NCBI RefSeq assembly: GCF_009914755.1
Contig: NC_060946.1
From: the human T2T-CHM13v2.0 reference genome, Homo sapiens
Strand: one strand, 5' to 3'
Length of the DNA stretch: 64,000 nucleotides
The position numbers and the translations under genes are program-made. Positions 1 through 13,400 of the stretch are shown here, piece by piece (within the stretch, counting starts at the first letter, position 1; each line of letters opens with the position of its first letter). The notes under the pieces were generated by a model. The model did no database searches and was not told the origin of the DNA. It saw only the letters and a program-made list of their open reading frames with translations.

Positions 1-308
1 CCAAATGTCCACTTGCATAATCAACAAAAAGTGTTTTTCAGAACTGCTCTATCAAAAGAAAGATCCACCTCTGTTAGCTGAGTTCACACATCACAAACAA
101 GTTTATGAGAATGCTTCTGTCTAGTTTTTATTTGAAGATATTTCCTTTCTCACCATAGACCTGAAAGCTGTCCTAATGTTCACTTCCAGATACTACAGAA
201 AGAGTGTTTCAAAACTGCTGTACGAAAGGGAATGTTCAACTCTGTGACTTGAATGCACACATCACAAAGAAGTTTCTGAGGATGCTGCTGTCTACTTTTT
301 ATACGTAA

Positions 309-325
309 TCCCGTTTCCAACGAAA
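309..325 (-). promoter_or_regulatory. CENP-B box (first of four sites per HOR, ~187 sites in the window)
   Basis: tcccgtttccaacgaaa is the reverse complement of TTTCGTTGGAAACGGGA, matching YTTCGTTGGAARCGGGA. Confidence 0.97.
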
Positions 326-479
326 TCCTCCAAGCTATCCAAATATCCACTTGCAGATTCCACAGAAAGACTGTTTCAAAACTGCTCTGTCAATAGAAAG
401 GTTCAACTCTGTTAGCTGCGTGCATATATCCCAAAGAAGATTCTGAGATTGCTTCTGTCTAGTTTTTATGGGAAGATAT

Positions 480-496
480 TTCCCTTTTCACCGTAG
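480..496 (+). promoter_or_regulatory. pJalpha-like box of an A-type monomer (related sites at 142-158, 822-838 and 1164-1180)
   Basis: ttcccttttcaccgtag resembles TTCCTTTTYCACCRTAG. It sits 171 bp from the flanking CENP-B boxes, at the homologous monomer position. Confidence 0.75.
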
Positions 497-650
497 GCGT
501 CAAGGCGCTCCAAATGTCCACTTCCAGATACTACAAAAAGAGTGTTTCAAACCTACTCTGTGAAAGGGAATATTCAACTCTGTGACTTTAATGCACATAT
601 CACAAAGAAGTTTCTGAGAATGCTTCTGTCGAGATTTTATATGAAGATAT

Positions 651-667
651 TCCCGTTTCCAAAGAAA
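651..667 (-). promoter_or_regulatory. Mutated CENP-B box (C>A at 663; TTCG becomes TTCT on the minus strand)
   Basis: tcccgtttccaaagaaa. The same allele is in boxes starting at 3379, 4743, 12925 and 14289. Confidence 0.9.
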
Positions 668-992
668 TCCTGAAATCTATCCAAATATCCCCTCGCAGAT
701 TCTACAAAAAGAGTGTTTCAAAACTGCTCTGTAAAAAGAAAGGTTCAACTCTGTTAGTTGAGTACACACATCACAAACAAGTTTCACAGAATGCTTCTTT
801 CTAGCTTGTAGGGGAAGATATTCCCTTTATCACCATGGTCCTCAAACCGTCCGAAACGTCCACTTCCATATACTACAAAAAGAGCGTTTCAAACCTGCTC
901 TAGGAAAGGCAATGTTCAACTCTGTGACTTGAATGCAGACATCACAGAGCAGTTTCTGAGAATGCTTCTGTCTAGATTTTATAGGAAGATAT

Positions 993-1009
993 TCCCGTTT
1001 CCAACGAAA
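993..1009 (-). promoter_or_regulatory. CENP-B box, intact
   Basis: tcccgtttccaacgaaa, repeated at the same offset in each HOR. Confidence 0.97.
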
Positions 1010-1334
1010 TCTTCACAGCTATCCAAATATCCACTTGCAGATTCTACAAAAAGAGTGTATCAAAACTGCTCTGTCAAAAGGAAGGTTCTTCTCTGTTAGG
1101 TGAGTGCATACGTCATAAAGGAGTTTCTGAGAATGTTTCTGTCTAGTGGTTATGGGAAGATATTTGCTTTTTCACCGTAGGCCTCAGAGCGCTCCAAATA
1201 TCCACTTGCACATACTACAAAAAGAGTGCCTCAAAGCTGCTCTCTGAAACGGAATGTTCAACTCTATGAGTTGAATGCAAACATCACAAAGACGTTTCTG
1301 AGAATGCTTCTGTCTAGATTTGATATGAAGATAT

Positions 1335-1351
1335 TCCCGTTTCCAACGAAA
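1335..1351 (-). promoter_or_regulatory. CENP-B box, intact
   Basis: tcccgtttccaacgaaa, repeated at the same offset in each HOR. Confidence 0.97.
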
Positions 1352-1457
1352 TCTTCAAATCTATCCAAATGTCCACTTGCAGATTTAACAAAAAGTGTTT
1401 TTCAGAACTGCTCTATCAAAAGAAAGATCCACCTCTGTTAGCTGAGTTCACACATCA

Positions 1458-4400
1458 CAAACAAGTTTATGAGAATGCTTCTGTCTAGTTTTTATTTGAA
1501 GATATTTCCTTTCTCACCATAGACCTGAAAGCTGTCCTAATGTTCACTTCCAGATACTACAGAAAGAGTGTTTCAAAACTGCTGTACGAAAGGGAATGTT
1601 CAACTCTGTGACTTGAATGCACACATCACAAAGAAGTTTCTGAGGATGCTGCTGTCTACTTTTTATACGTAATCCCGTTTCCAACGAAATCCTCCAAGCT
1701 ATCCAAATATCCACTTGCAGATTCCACAGAAAGACTGTTTCAAAACTGCTCTGTCAATAGAAAGGTTCAACTCTGTTAGCTGCGTGCATATATCCCAAAG
1801 AAGATTCTGAGATTGCTTCTGTCTAGTTTTTATGGGAAGATATTTCCCTTTTCACCGTAGGCGTCAAGGCGCTCCAAATGTCCACTTCCAGATACTACAA
1901 AAAGAGTGTTTCAAACCTACTCTGTGAAAGGGAATATTCAACTCTGTGACTTGAATGCACATATCACAAAGAAGTTTCTGAGAATGCTTCTGTCGAGATT
2001 TTATATGAAGATATTCCCGTTTCCAACGAAATCCTGAAATCTATCCAAATATCCCCTCGCAGATTCTACAAAAAGAGTGTTTCAAAACTGCTCTGTAAAA
2101 AGAAAGGTTCAACTCTGTTACTTGAGTACACACATCACAAACAAGTTTCACAGAATGCTTCTTTCTAGCTTGTAGGGGAAGATATTCCCTTTATCACCAT
2201 GGTCTTCAAACCGTCCGAAACGTCCACTTCCATATACTACAAAAAGAGTGTTTCAAACCTGCTCTATGAAAGGCAATGTTCAACTCTGTGACTTGAATGC
2301 AGACATCACAGAGCAGTTTCTGAGAATGCTTCTGTCTAGATTTTATAGGAAGATATTCCCGTTTCCAACGAAATCTTCACAGCTATCCAAATATCCACTT
2401 GCAGATTCTACAAAAAGAGTGTATCAAAACTGCTCTGTCAAAAGGAAGGTTCTTCTCTGTTAGGTGAGTGCATACGTCATAAAGGAGTTTCTGAGAATGT
2501 TTCTGTCTAGTGGTTATGGGAAGATATTTGCTTTTTCCCCGTAGACCTCAGAGCGCTCCAAATGTCCACTTGCACATGCTACAAAAAGAGTGCTTCAAAG
2601 CTGCTCTCTGAAAGGGAATGTTCAACTCTATGAGTTGAATGTAAACATCACAAAGACGTTTCTGAGAATGCTTCTGTCTAGATTTGATATGAAGATATTC
2701 CCGTTTCCAACGAAATCTTCAAATCTATCCAAATGTCCACTTGCAGATTCAACAAAAAGTGTTTTTCAAAACTGCTGTATCAAAAGAAAGATCCACGTCT
2801 GTTAGCTGAGTTCACACATCACAAACAAGTTTATGAGAATGCTTCTGTCTAGTTTTTATTTGAAGATATTTCCTTTCTCACCATAGACCTGAAAGCTGTC
2901 CTAATGTTCACTTCCAGATACTACAGAAAGAGTGTTTCAAAACTGCTGTACGAAAGGGAATGTTCAACTCTGTGACTTGAATGCACACATCACAAAGAAG
3001 TTTCTGAGGATGCTGCTGTCTACTTTTTATACGTAATCCCGTTTCCAACGAAATCCTCCAAGCTATCCAAATATCCACTTGCAGATTCCACAGAAAGACT
3101 GTTTCAAAACTGCTCTGTCAATAGAAAGGTTCAACTCTGTTAGCTGCGTGCATATATCCCAAAGAAGATTTTGAGATTGCTTCTGTCTAGTTTTTATGGG
3201 AAGATATTTCCCTTTTCACCGTAGGTGTCAAGGCTCTCCAAATGTCCACTTCCAGATACTACAAAAAGAGTGTTTCAAACCTACTCTGTGAAAGGGAATA
3301 TTCAACTCTGTGACTTTAATGCACATATCACAAAGAAGTTTCTGAGAATGCTTCTGTCGAGATTTTATATGAAGATATTCCCGTTTCCAAAGAAATCCTG
3401 AAATCTATCCAAATATCCCCTCGCAGATTCTACAAAAAGAGTGTTTCAAAACTGCTCTGTAAAAAGAAAGGTTCAACTCTGTTAGTTGAGTACACACATC
3501 ACAAACAAATTTCACAGAATGCTTCTTTCTAGCTTGTAGGGGAAGATATTCCCTTTATCACCATGGGCCTCCAACCGTCCGAAACGTCCACTTCCATATA
3601 CTACAAAAAGAGCGTTTCAAACCTGCTCTATGAAAGGCAATGTTCAACTCTGTGACTTGAATGCAGACATCACAGAGCAGTTTCTGAGAATGCTTCTGTC
3701 TAGATTTTATAGGAAGATATTCCCGTTTCCAACGAAATCTTCACAGCTATCCAAATATCCACTTGCAGATTCTACAAAAAGAGTGTATCAAAACTGCTCT
3801 GTCAAAAGGAAGGTTCTTCTCTGTTAGGTGAGTGCATACGTCATAAAGGAGTTTCTGAGAATGTTTCTGTCTAGTGGTTATGGGAAGATATTTGCTTTTT
3901 CACCGTAGGCCTCAGAGCGCTCCAAATATCCACTTGCACATACTACAAAAAGAGTGCCTCAAAGCTGCTCTTTGAAACGGAATGTTCAACTCTATGAGTT
4001 GAATGCAAACATCACAAAGACGTTTCTGAGAATGCTTCTGTCTAGATTTGATATGAAGATATTCCCGTTTCCAACGAAATCTTCAAATCTATCCAAATGT
4101 CCACTTGCATAATCAACAAAAAGTGTTTTTCAGAACTGCTCTATCAAAAGAAAGATCCACCTCTGTTAGCTGAGTTCACACATCACAAACAAGTTTATGA
4201 GAATGCTTCTGTCTAGTTTTTATTTGAAGATATTTCCTTTCTCACCATAGACCTGAAAGCTGTCCTAATGTTCACTTCCAGATACTACAGAAAGAGTGTT
4301 TCAAAACTGCTGTACGAAAGGGAATGTTCAACTCTGTGACTTGAATGCACACATCACAAAGAAGTTTCTGAGGATGCTGCTGTCTACTTTTTATACGTAA

Positions 4401-7400
4401 TCCCGTTTCCAACGAAATCCTCCAAGCTATCCAAATATCCACTTGCAGATTCCACAGAAAGACTGTTTCAAAACTGCTCTGTCAATAGAAAGGTTCAACT
4501 CTGTTAGCTGCGTGCATATATCCCAAAGAAGATTCTGAGATTGCTTCTGTCTAGTTTTTATGGGAAGATATTTCCCTTTTCACCGTAGGCGTCAAGGCGC
4601 TCCAAATGTCCACTTCCAGATACTACAAAAAGAGTGTTTCAAACCTACTCTGTGAAAGCGAATATTCAACTCTGTGACTTGAATGCACATATCACAAAGA
4701 AGTTTCTGAGAATGCTTCTGTCGAGATTTTATATGAAGATATTCCCGTTTCCAAAGAAATCCTGAAATCTATCCAAATATCCCCTCGCAGATTCTACAAA
4801 AAGAGTGTTTCAAAACTGCTCTGTAAAAAGAAAGGTTCAACTCTGTTAGTTGAGTACACACATCACAAACAAGTTTCACAGAATGCTTCTTTCTAGCTTG
4901 TAGGGGAAGATATTCCCTTTATCACCATGGTCCTCCAACCGTCCGAAACGTCCACTTCCATATACTACAAAAAGAGCGTTTCAAACCTGCTCTAGGAAAG
5001 GCAATGTTCAACTCTGTGACTTGAATGCAGACATCACAGAGCAGTTTCTGAGAATGCTTCTGTCTAGATTTTATAGGAAGATATTCCCGTTTCCAACGAA
5101 ATCTTCACAGCTATCCAAATATCCACTTGCAGATTCTACAAAAAGAGTGTATCAAAACTGCTCTGTCAAAAGGAAGGTTCTTCTCTGTTAGGTGAGTGCA
5201 TACGTCATAAAGGAGTTTCTGAGAATGTTTCTGTCTAGTGGTTATGGGAAGATATTTGCTTTTTCACCGTAGGCCTCAGAGCGCTCCAAATATCCACTTG
5301 CACATACTACAAAAAGAGTGCCTCAGAGCTGCTCTCTGAAACGGAATGTTCAACTCTATGAGTTGAATGCAAACATCACAAAGACGTTTCTGAGAATGCT
5401 TCTGTCTAGATTTGATATGAAGATATTCCCGTTTCCAACGAAATCTTCAAATCTATCCAAATGTCCACTTGCAGATTCAACAAAAAGTGTTTTTCAGAAC
5501 TGCTCTATCAAAAGAAAGATCCACCTCTGTTAGCTGAGTTCACACATCACAAACAAGTTTATGAGAATGCTTCTGTCTAGTTTTTATTTGAAGATATTTC
5601 CTTTCTCACCATAGACCTGAAAGCTGTCCTAATGTTCACTTCCAGATACTACAGAAAGAGTGTTTCAAAACTGCTGTACGAAAGGGAATGTTCAACTCTG
5701 TGACTTGAATGCACACATCACAAAGAAGTTTCTGAGGATGCTGCTGTCTACTTTTTATACGTAATCCCGTTTCCAACGAAATCCTCCAAGCTATCCAAAT
5801 ATCCACTTGCAGATTCCACAGAAAGACTGTTTCAAAACTGCTCTGTCAATAGAAAGGTTCAACTCTGTTAGCTGCGTGCATATATCCCAAAGAAGATTCT
5901 GAGATTCCTTCTGTCTAGTTTTTATGGGAAGATATTTCCCTTTTCACCGTAGGCGTCAAGGCGCTCCAAATGTCCACTTCCAGATACTACAAAAAGAGTG
6001 TTTCAAACCTACTCTGTGAAAGGGAATATTCAACTCTGTGACTTGAATGCACATATCACAAAGAAGTTTCTGAGAATGCTTCTGTCGAGATTTTATATGA
6101 AGATATTCCCGTTTCCAACGAAATCCTGAAATCTATCCAAATATCCCCTCGCAGATTCTACAAAAAGAGTGTTTCAAAACTGTTCTGTAAAAAGAAAGGT
6201 TCAACTCTGTTAGTTGAGTACACACATCACAAACAAGTATCACAGAATGCTTCTTTCTAGCTTGTAGGGGAAGATATTCCCTTTATCACCATGGGCCTCA
6301 AACCGTCCGAAACGTCCACTTCCATATACTTCAAAAAGAGCGTTTCAAACCTGCTCTATGAAAGGCAATGTTCAACTCTGTGACTTGAATGCAGACATCA
6401 CAGAGCTGTTTATGAGAATGCTTCTGTCTAGATTTTATAGGATGATATTCCCGTTTCCAACGAAATCTTCACAGCTATCCAAATATCCACTTGCAGATTC
6501 TACAAAAAGAGTGTATCCAAACTGCTCTGGCAAAAGGAAGGTTCTTCTCTGTTAGGTGAGTGCATACGTCATAAAGGAGTTTCTGAGAATGTTTCTGTCT
6601 AGTGGTTATGGGAAGATATTTGCTTTTTCACCGTAGGCCTCAGAGCGCTCCAAATATCCACTTGCACATACTACAAAAAGAGTGCCTCAAAGCTGCTCTC
6701 TGAAATGGAATGTTCAACTCTATGAGTTGAATGCAAACATCACAAAGACGTTTCTGAGAATGCTTCTGTCTAGATTTGATATGAAGATATTCCCGTTTCC
6801 AACGAAATCTTCAAATCTATCCAAATGTCCACTTGCAGATTCAACAAAAAGTGTTTTTCAGAACTGCTCTATCAAAAGAAAGATCCACCTCTGTTAGCTG
6901 AGTTCACACATCCAAACAAGTTTATGAGAATGCTTCTGTCTAGTTTTTATTTGAAGATATTTCCTTTCTCACCATAGACCTGAAAGCTGTCCTAATGTTC
7001 ACTTCCAGATACTACAGAAAGAGTGTTTAAAAACTGCTGTACGAAAGGGAATGTTCAACTCTGTGACTTGAATGCACACATCACAAAGAAGTTTCTGAGG
7101 ATGCTGCTGTCTACTTTTTATACGTAATCCCGTTTCCAACGAAATCCTCCAAGCTATCCAAATATCCACTTGCAGATTCCACAGAAAGACTGTTTCAAAA
7201 CTGCTCTGTCAATAGAAAGGTTCAACTCTGTTAGCTGCGTGCATATATCCCAAAGAAGATTCTGAGATTGCTTCTGTCTAGTTTTTATGGGAAGATATTT
7301 CCCTTTTCACCGTAGGCGTCAAGGCGCTCCAAATGTCCACTTCCAGATACTACAAAAAGAGTGTTTCAAACCTACTCTGTGAAAAGGAATATTCAACTCT

Positions 7401-10400
7401 GTGACTTTAATGCACATATCACAAAGAAGTTTCTGAGAATGCTTCTGTCGAGATTTTATATGAAGATATTCCCGTTTCCAACGAAATCCTGAAATCTATC
7501 CAAATATCCCCTCGCAGATTCTACAAAAAGAGTGTTTCAAAACTGCTCTGTAAAAAGAAAGGTTCAACTCTGTTAGTTGAGTACACACATCACAAACAAG
7601 TTTCACAGAATGCTTCTTTCTAGCTTGTAGGGGAAGATATTCCCTTTATCACCATGGGCCTCCAACCGTCCGAAACGTCCACTTCCATATACTACAAAAA
7701 GAGCGTTTCAAACCTGCTCTAGGAAAGGCAATGTTCAACTCTGTGACTTGAATGCAGACATCACAGAGCAGTTTCTGAGAATGCTTCTGTCTAGATTTTA
7801 TAGGAAGATATTCCCGTTTCCAACGAAATCTTCACAGCTATCCAAATATCCACTTGCAGATTCTACAAAAAGAGTGTATCAAAACTGCTCTGTCAAAAGG
7901 AAGGTTCTTCTCTGTTAGGTGAGTGCATACGTCATAAAGGAGTTTCTGAGAATGTTTCTGTCTAGTGGTTATGGGAAGATATTTGCTTTTTCACCGTAGG
8001 CCTCAGAGCGCTCCAAATATCCACTTGCACATACTACAAAAAGAGTGCCTCAAAGCTGCTCTTTGAAAGGGAATGTTCAACTCTATGAGTTGAATGCAAA
8101 CATCACAAAGACGTTTCTGAGAATGCTTCTGTCTAGATTTGATATGAAGATATTCCCGTTTCCAACGAAATCTTCAAATCTATCCAAATGTCCACTTGCA
8201 GATTCAACAAAAAGTGTTTTTCAGAACTGCTCTATCAAAAGAAAGATCCACATCTGTTAGCTGAGTTCACACATCACAAACAAGTTTATGAGAATGCTTC
8301 TGTCTAGTTTTTATTTGAAGATATTTCCTTTCTCACCATAGACCTGAAAGCTGTCCTAATGTTCACTTCCAGATACTACAGAAAGAGTGTTTCAAAACTG
8401 CTGTATGAAAGGGAATGTTCAACTCTGTGACTTGAATGCACACATCACAAAGAAGTTTCTGAGGATGCTGCTGTCTACTTTTTATATGTAATCCCGTTTC
8501 CAACGAAATCCTCCAAGCTATCCAAATATCCACTTGCAGATTCCACAGAAAGACTGTTTCAAAACTGCTCTGTCAATAGAAAGGTTCAACTCTGTTAGCT
8601 GCGTGCATATATCCCAAAGAAGATTCTGAGATTGCTTCTGTCTAGTTTTTATGGGAAGATATTTCCCTTTTCACCGTAGGCGTCAAGGCGCTCCAAATGT
8701 CCACTTCCAGATACTACAAAAAGAGTGTTTCAAACCTACTCTGTGAAAGGGAATATTCAACTCTGTGACTTGAATGCAGATATCACAAAGAAGTTTCTGA
8801 GAATGCTTCTGTCGAGATTTTATATGAAGATATTCCCGTTTCCAACGAAATCCTGAAATCTATCCAAATATCCCCTCGCAGATTCTACAAAAAGAGTGTT
8901 TCAAAACTGCTCTGTAAAAAGAAAGGTTCAACTCTGTTAGTTGAGTACACACATCACAAACAAGTTTCACAGAATGCTTCTTTCTAGCTTGTAGGGGAAG
9001 ATATTCCCTTTATCACCATGGGCCTCCAACCGTCCGAAACGTCCACTTCCATATACTACAAAAAGAGCGTTTCAAACCTGCTCTAGGAAAGGCAATGTTC
9101 AACTCTGTGACTTGAATGCAGACATCACAGAGCAGTTTCTGAGAATGCTTCTGTCTAGATTTTATAGGAAGATATTCCCGTTTCCAACGAAATCTTCACA
9201 GCTATCCAAATATCCACTTGCAGATTCTACAAAAAGAGTGTATCAAAACTGCTCTGTCAAAAGGAAGGTTCTTCTCTGTTAGGTGAGTGCATACGTCATA
9301 AAGGAGTTTCTGAGAATGTTTCTGTCTAGTGGTTATGGGAAGATATTTGCTTTTTCACCGTAGGCCTCAGAGCGCTCCAAATATCCACTTGCACATACTA
9401 CAAAAAGAGTGCCTCAAAGCTGCTCTTTGAAACGGAATGTTCAACTCTATGAGTTGAATGCAAACATCACAAAGACGTTTCTGAGAATGCTTCTGTCTAG
9501 ATTTGATATGAAGATATTCCCGTTTCCAACGAAATCTTCAAATCTATCCAAATGTCCACTTGCAGATTCAACAAAAAGTGTTTTTCAGAACTGCTCTATC
9601 AAAAGAAAGATCCACCTCTGTTAGCTGAGTTCACACATCACAAACAAGTTTATGAGAATGCTTCTGTCTAGTTTTTATTTGAAGATATTTCCTTTCTCAC
9701 CATAGACCTGAAAGCTGTCCTAATGTTCACTTCCAGATACTACAGAAAGAGTGTTTCAAAACTGCTGTACGAAAGGGAATGTTCAACTCTGTGACTTGAA
9801 TGCACACATCACAAAGAAGTTTCTGAGGATGCTGCTGTCTACTTTTTATACGTAATCCCGTTTCCAACGAAATCCTCCAAGCTATCCAAATATCCACTTG
9901 CAGATTCCACAGAAAGACTGTTTCAAAACTGCTCTGTCAATAGAAAGGTTCAACTCTGTTAGCTGCGTGCATATATCCCAAAGAAGATTCTGAGATTGCT
10001 TCTGTCTAGTTTTTATGGGAAGATATTTCCCTTTTCACCGTAGGCGTCAAGGCGCTCCAAATGTCCACTTCCAGATACTACAAAAAGAGTGTTTCAAACC
10101 TACTCTGTGAAAGGGAATATTCAACTCTGTGACTTGAATGCACATATCACAAAGAAGTTTCTGAGAATGCTTCGGTCGAGATTTTATATGAAGATATTCC
10201 CGTTTCCAACGAAATCCTGAAATCTATCCAAATATCCCCTCGCAGATTCTACAAAAAGAGTGTTTCAAAACTGCTCTGTAAAAAGAAAGGTTCAACTCTG
10301 TTAGTTGAGTACACACATCACAAACAAGTATCACAGAATGCTTCTTTCTAGCTTGTAGGGGAAGATATTCCCTTTATCACCATGGGCCTCAAACCGTCCG

Positions 10401-13400
10401 AAACGTCCACTTCCATATACTTCAAAAAGAGCGTTTCAAACCTGCTCTATGAAAGGCAATGTTCAACTCTGTGACTTGAATGCAGACATCACAGAGCTGT
10501 TTATGAGAATGCTTCTGTCTAGATTTTATAGGATGATATTCCCGTTTCCAACGAAATCTTCACAGCTATCCAAATATCCACTTGCAGATTCTACAAAAAG
10601 AGTGTATCCAAACTGCTCTGGCAAAAGGAAGGTTCTTCTCTGTTAGGTGAGTGCATACGTCATAAAGGAGTTTCTGAGAATGTTTCTGTCTAGTGGTTAT
10701 GGGAAGATATTTGCTTTTTCACCGTAGGCCTCAGAGCGCTCCAAATATCCACTTGCACATACTACAAAAAGAGTGCCTCAAAGCTGCTCTCTGAAATGGA
10801 ATGTTCAACTCTATGAGTTGAATGCAAACATCACAAAGACGTTTCTGAGAATGCTTCTGTCTAGATTTGATATGAAGATATTCCCGTTTCCAACGAAATC
10901 TTTAAATCTATCCAAATGTCCACTTCTATAATCAACAAAAAGTGTTTTTCAGAACTGCTCTATCAAAAGAAAGATCCACCTCTGTTAGCTGAGTTCACAC
11001 ATCCAAACAAGTTTATGAGAATGCTTCTGTCTAGTTTTTATTTGAAGATATTTCCTTTCTCACCATAGACCTGAAAGCTGTCCTAATGTTCACTTCCAGA
11101 TACTACAGAAAGAGTGTTTCAAAACTGCTGTACGAAAGGGAATGTTCAACTCTGTGACTTGAATGCACACATCACAAAGAAGTTTCTGAGGATGCTGCTG
11201 TCTACTTTTTATACGTAATCCCGTTTCCAACGAAATCCTCCAAGCTATCCAAATATCCACTTGCAGATTCCACAGAAAGACTGTTTCAAAACTGCTCTGT
11301 CAATAGAAAGGTTCAACTCTGTTAGCTGCGTGCATATATCCCAAAGAAGATTCTGAGATTGCTTCTGTCTAGTTTTTATGGGAAGATATTTCCCTTTTCA
11401 CCGTAGGCGTCAAGGCGCTCCAAATGTCCACTTCCAGATACTACAAAAAGAGTGTTTCAAACCTACTCTGTGAAAGGGAATATTCAACTCTGTGACTTGA
11501 ATGCACATATCACAAAGAAGTTTCTGAGAATGCTTCTGTCGAGATTTTATATGAAGATATTCCCGTTTCCAACGAAATCCTGAAATCTATCCAAATATCC
11601 CCTCGCAGATTCTACAAAAAGAGTGTTTCAAAACTGCTCTGTAAAAAGAAAGGTTCAACTCTGTTACTTGAGTACACACATCACAAACAAGTTTCACAGA
11701 ATGCTTCTTTCTAGCTTGTAGGGGAAGATATTCCCTTTATCACCATGGTCTTCAAACCGTCCGAAACGTCCACTTCCATATACTACAAAAAGAGTGTTTC
11801 AAACCTGCTCTATGAAAGGCAATGTTCAACTCTGTGACTTGAATGCAGACATCACAGAGCAGTTTCTGAGAATGCTTCTGTCTAGATTTTATAGGAAGAT
11901 ATTCCCGTTTCCAACGAAATCTTCACAGCTATCCAAATATCCACTTGCAGATTCTACAAAAAGAGTGTATCAAAACTGCTCTGTCAAAAGGAAGGTTCTT
12001 CTCTGTTAGGTGAGTGCATACGTCATAAAGGAGTTTCTGAGAATGTTTCTGTCTAGTGGTTATGGGAAGATATTTGCTTTTTCCCCGTAGACCTCAGAGC
12101 GCTCCAAATGTCCACTTGCACATGCTACAAAAAGAGTGCTTCAAAGCTGCTCTCTGAAAGGGAATGTTCAACTCTATGAGTTGAATGTAAACATCACAAA
12201 GACGTTTCTGAGAATGCTTCTGTCTAGATTTGATATGAAGATATTCCCGTTTCCAACGAAATCTTCAAATCTATCCAAATGTCCACTTGCAGATTCAACA
12301 AAAAGTGTTTTTCAAAACTGCTGTATCAAAAGAAAGATCCACGTCTGTTAGCTGAGTTCACACATCACAAACAAGTTTATGAGAATGCTTCTGTCTAGTT
12401 TTTATTTGAAGATATTTCCTTTCTCACCATAGACCTGAAAGCTGTCCTAATGTTCACTTCCAGATACTACAGAAAGAGTGTTTCAAAACTGCTGTACGAA
12501 AGGGAATGTTCAACTCTGTGACTTGAATGCACACATCACAAAGAAGTTTCTGAGGATGCTGCTGTCTACTTTTTATACGTAATCCCGTTTCCAACGAAAT
12601 CCTCCAAGCTATCCAAATATCCACTTGCAGATTCCACAGAAAGACTGTTTCAAAACTGCTCTGTCAATAGAAAGGTTCAACTCTGTTAGCTGCGTGCATA
12701 TATCCCAAAGAAGATTTTGAGATTGCTTCTGTCTAGTTTTTATGGGAAGATATTTCCCTTTTCACCGTAGGTGTCAAGGCTCTCCAAATGTCCACTTCCA
12801 GATACTACAAAAAGAGTGTTTCAAACCTACTCTGTGAAAGGGAATATTCAACTCTGTGACTTTAATGCACATATCACAAAGAAGTTTCTGAGAATGCTTC
12901 TGTCGAGATTTTATATGAAGATATTCCCGTTTCCAAAGAAATCCTGAAATCTATCCAAATATCCCCTCGCAGATTCTACAAAAAGAGTGTTTCAAAACTG
13001 CTCTGTAAAAAGAAAGGTTCAACTCTGTTAGTTGAGTACACACATCACAAACAAATTTCACAGAATGCTTCTTTCTAGCTTGTAGGGGAAGATATTCCCT
13101 TTATCACCATGGGCCTCCAACCGTCCGAAACGTCCACTTCCATATACTACAAAAAGAGCGTTTCAAACCTGCTCTATGAAAGGCAATGTTCAACTCTGTG
13201 ACTTGAATGCAGACATCACAGAGCAGTTTCTGAGAATGCTTCTGTCTAGATTTTATAGGAAGATATTCCCGTTTCCAACGAAATCTTCACAGCTATCCAA
13301 ATATCCACTTGCAGATTCTACAAAAAGAGTGTATCAAAACTGCTCTGTCAAAAGGAAGGTTCTTCTCTGTTAGGTGAGTGCATACGTCATAAAGGAGTTT

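Larger units (their letters stand above)
1..1364 (-). repeat. Representative HOR unit (arbitrary phase): 7 monomers of 171 bp plus one of 167 bp
   Basis: CENP-B box sites start at 309, 651, 993, 1335 and 1673 (spacings 342, 342, 342, 338). The short monomer has tctactttttatacgtaa (18 nt) where others have tctagattttatatgaagatat-like sequence (22 nt). There is one StuI site (aggcct, 1179-1184) per typical unit. Confidence 0.95.

Noticed and set aside
10927-10932. TATAAT hexamer created in Y units (bacterial -10 or TATA-like)
   Set aside because: It is a chance product of the clustered variant in eukaryotic satellite DNA, with no supporting promoter architecture.
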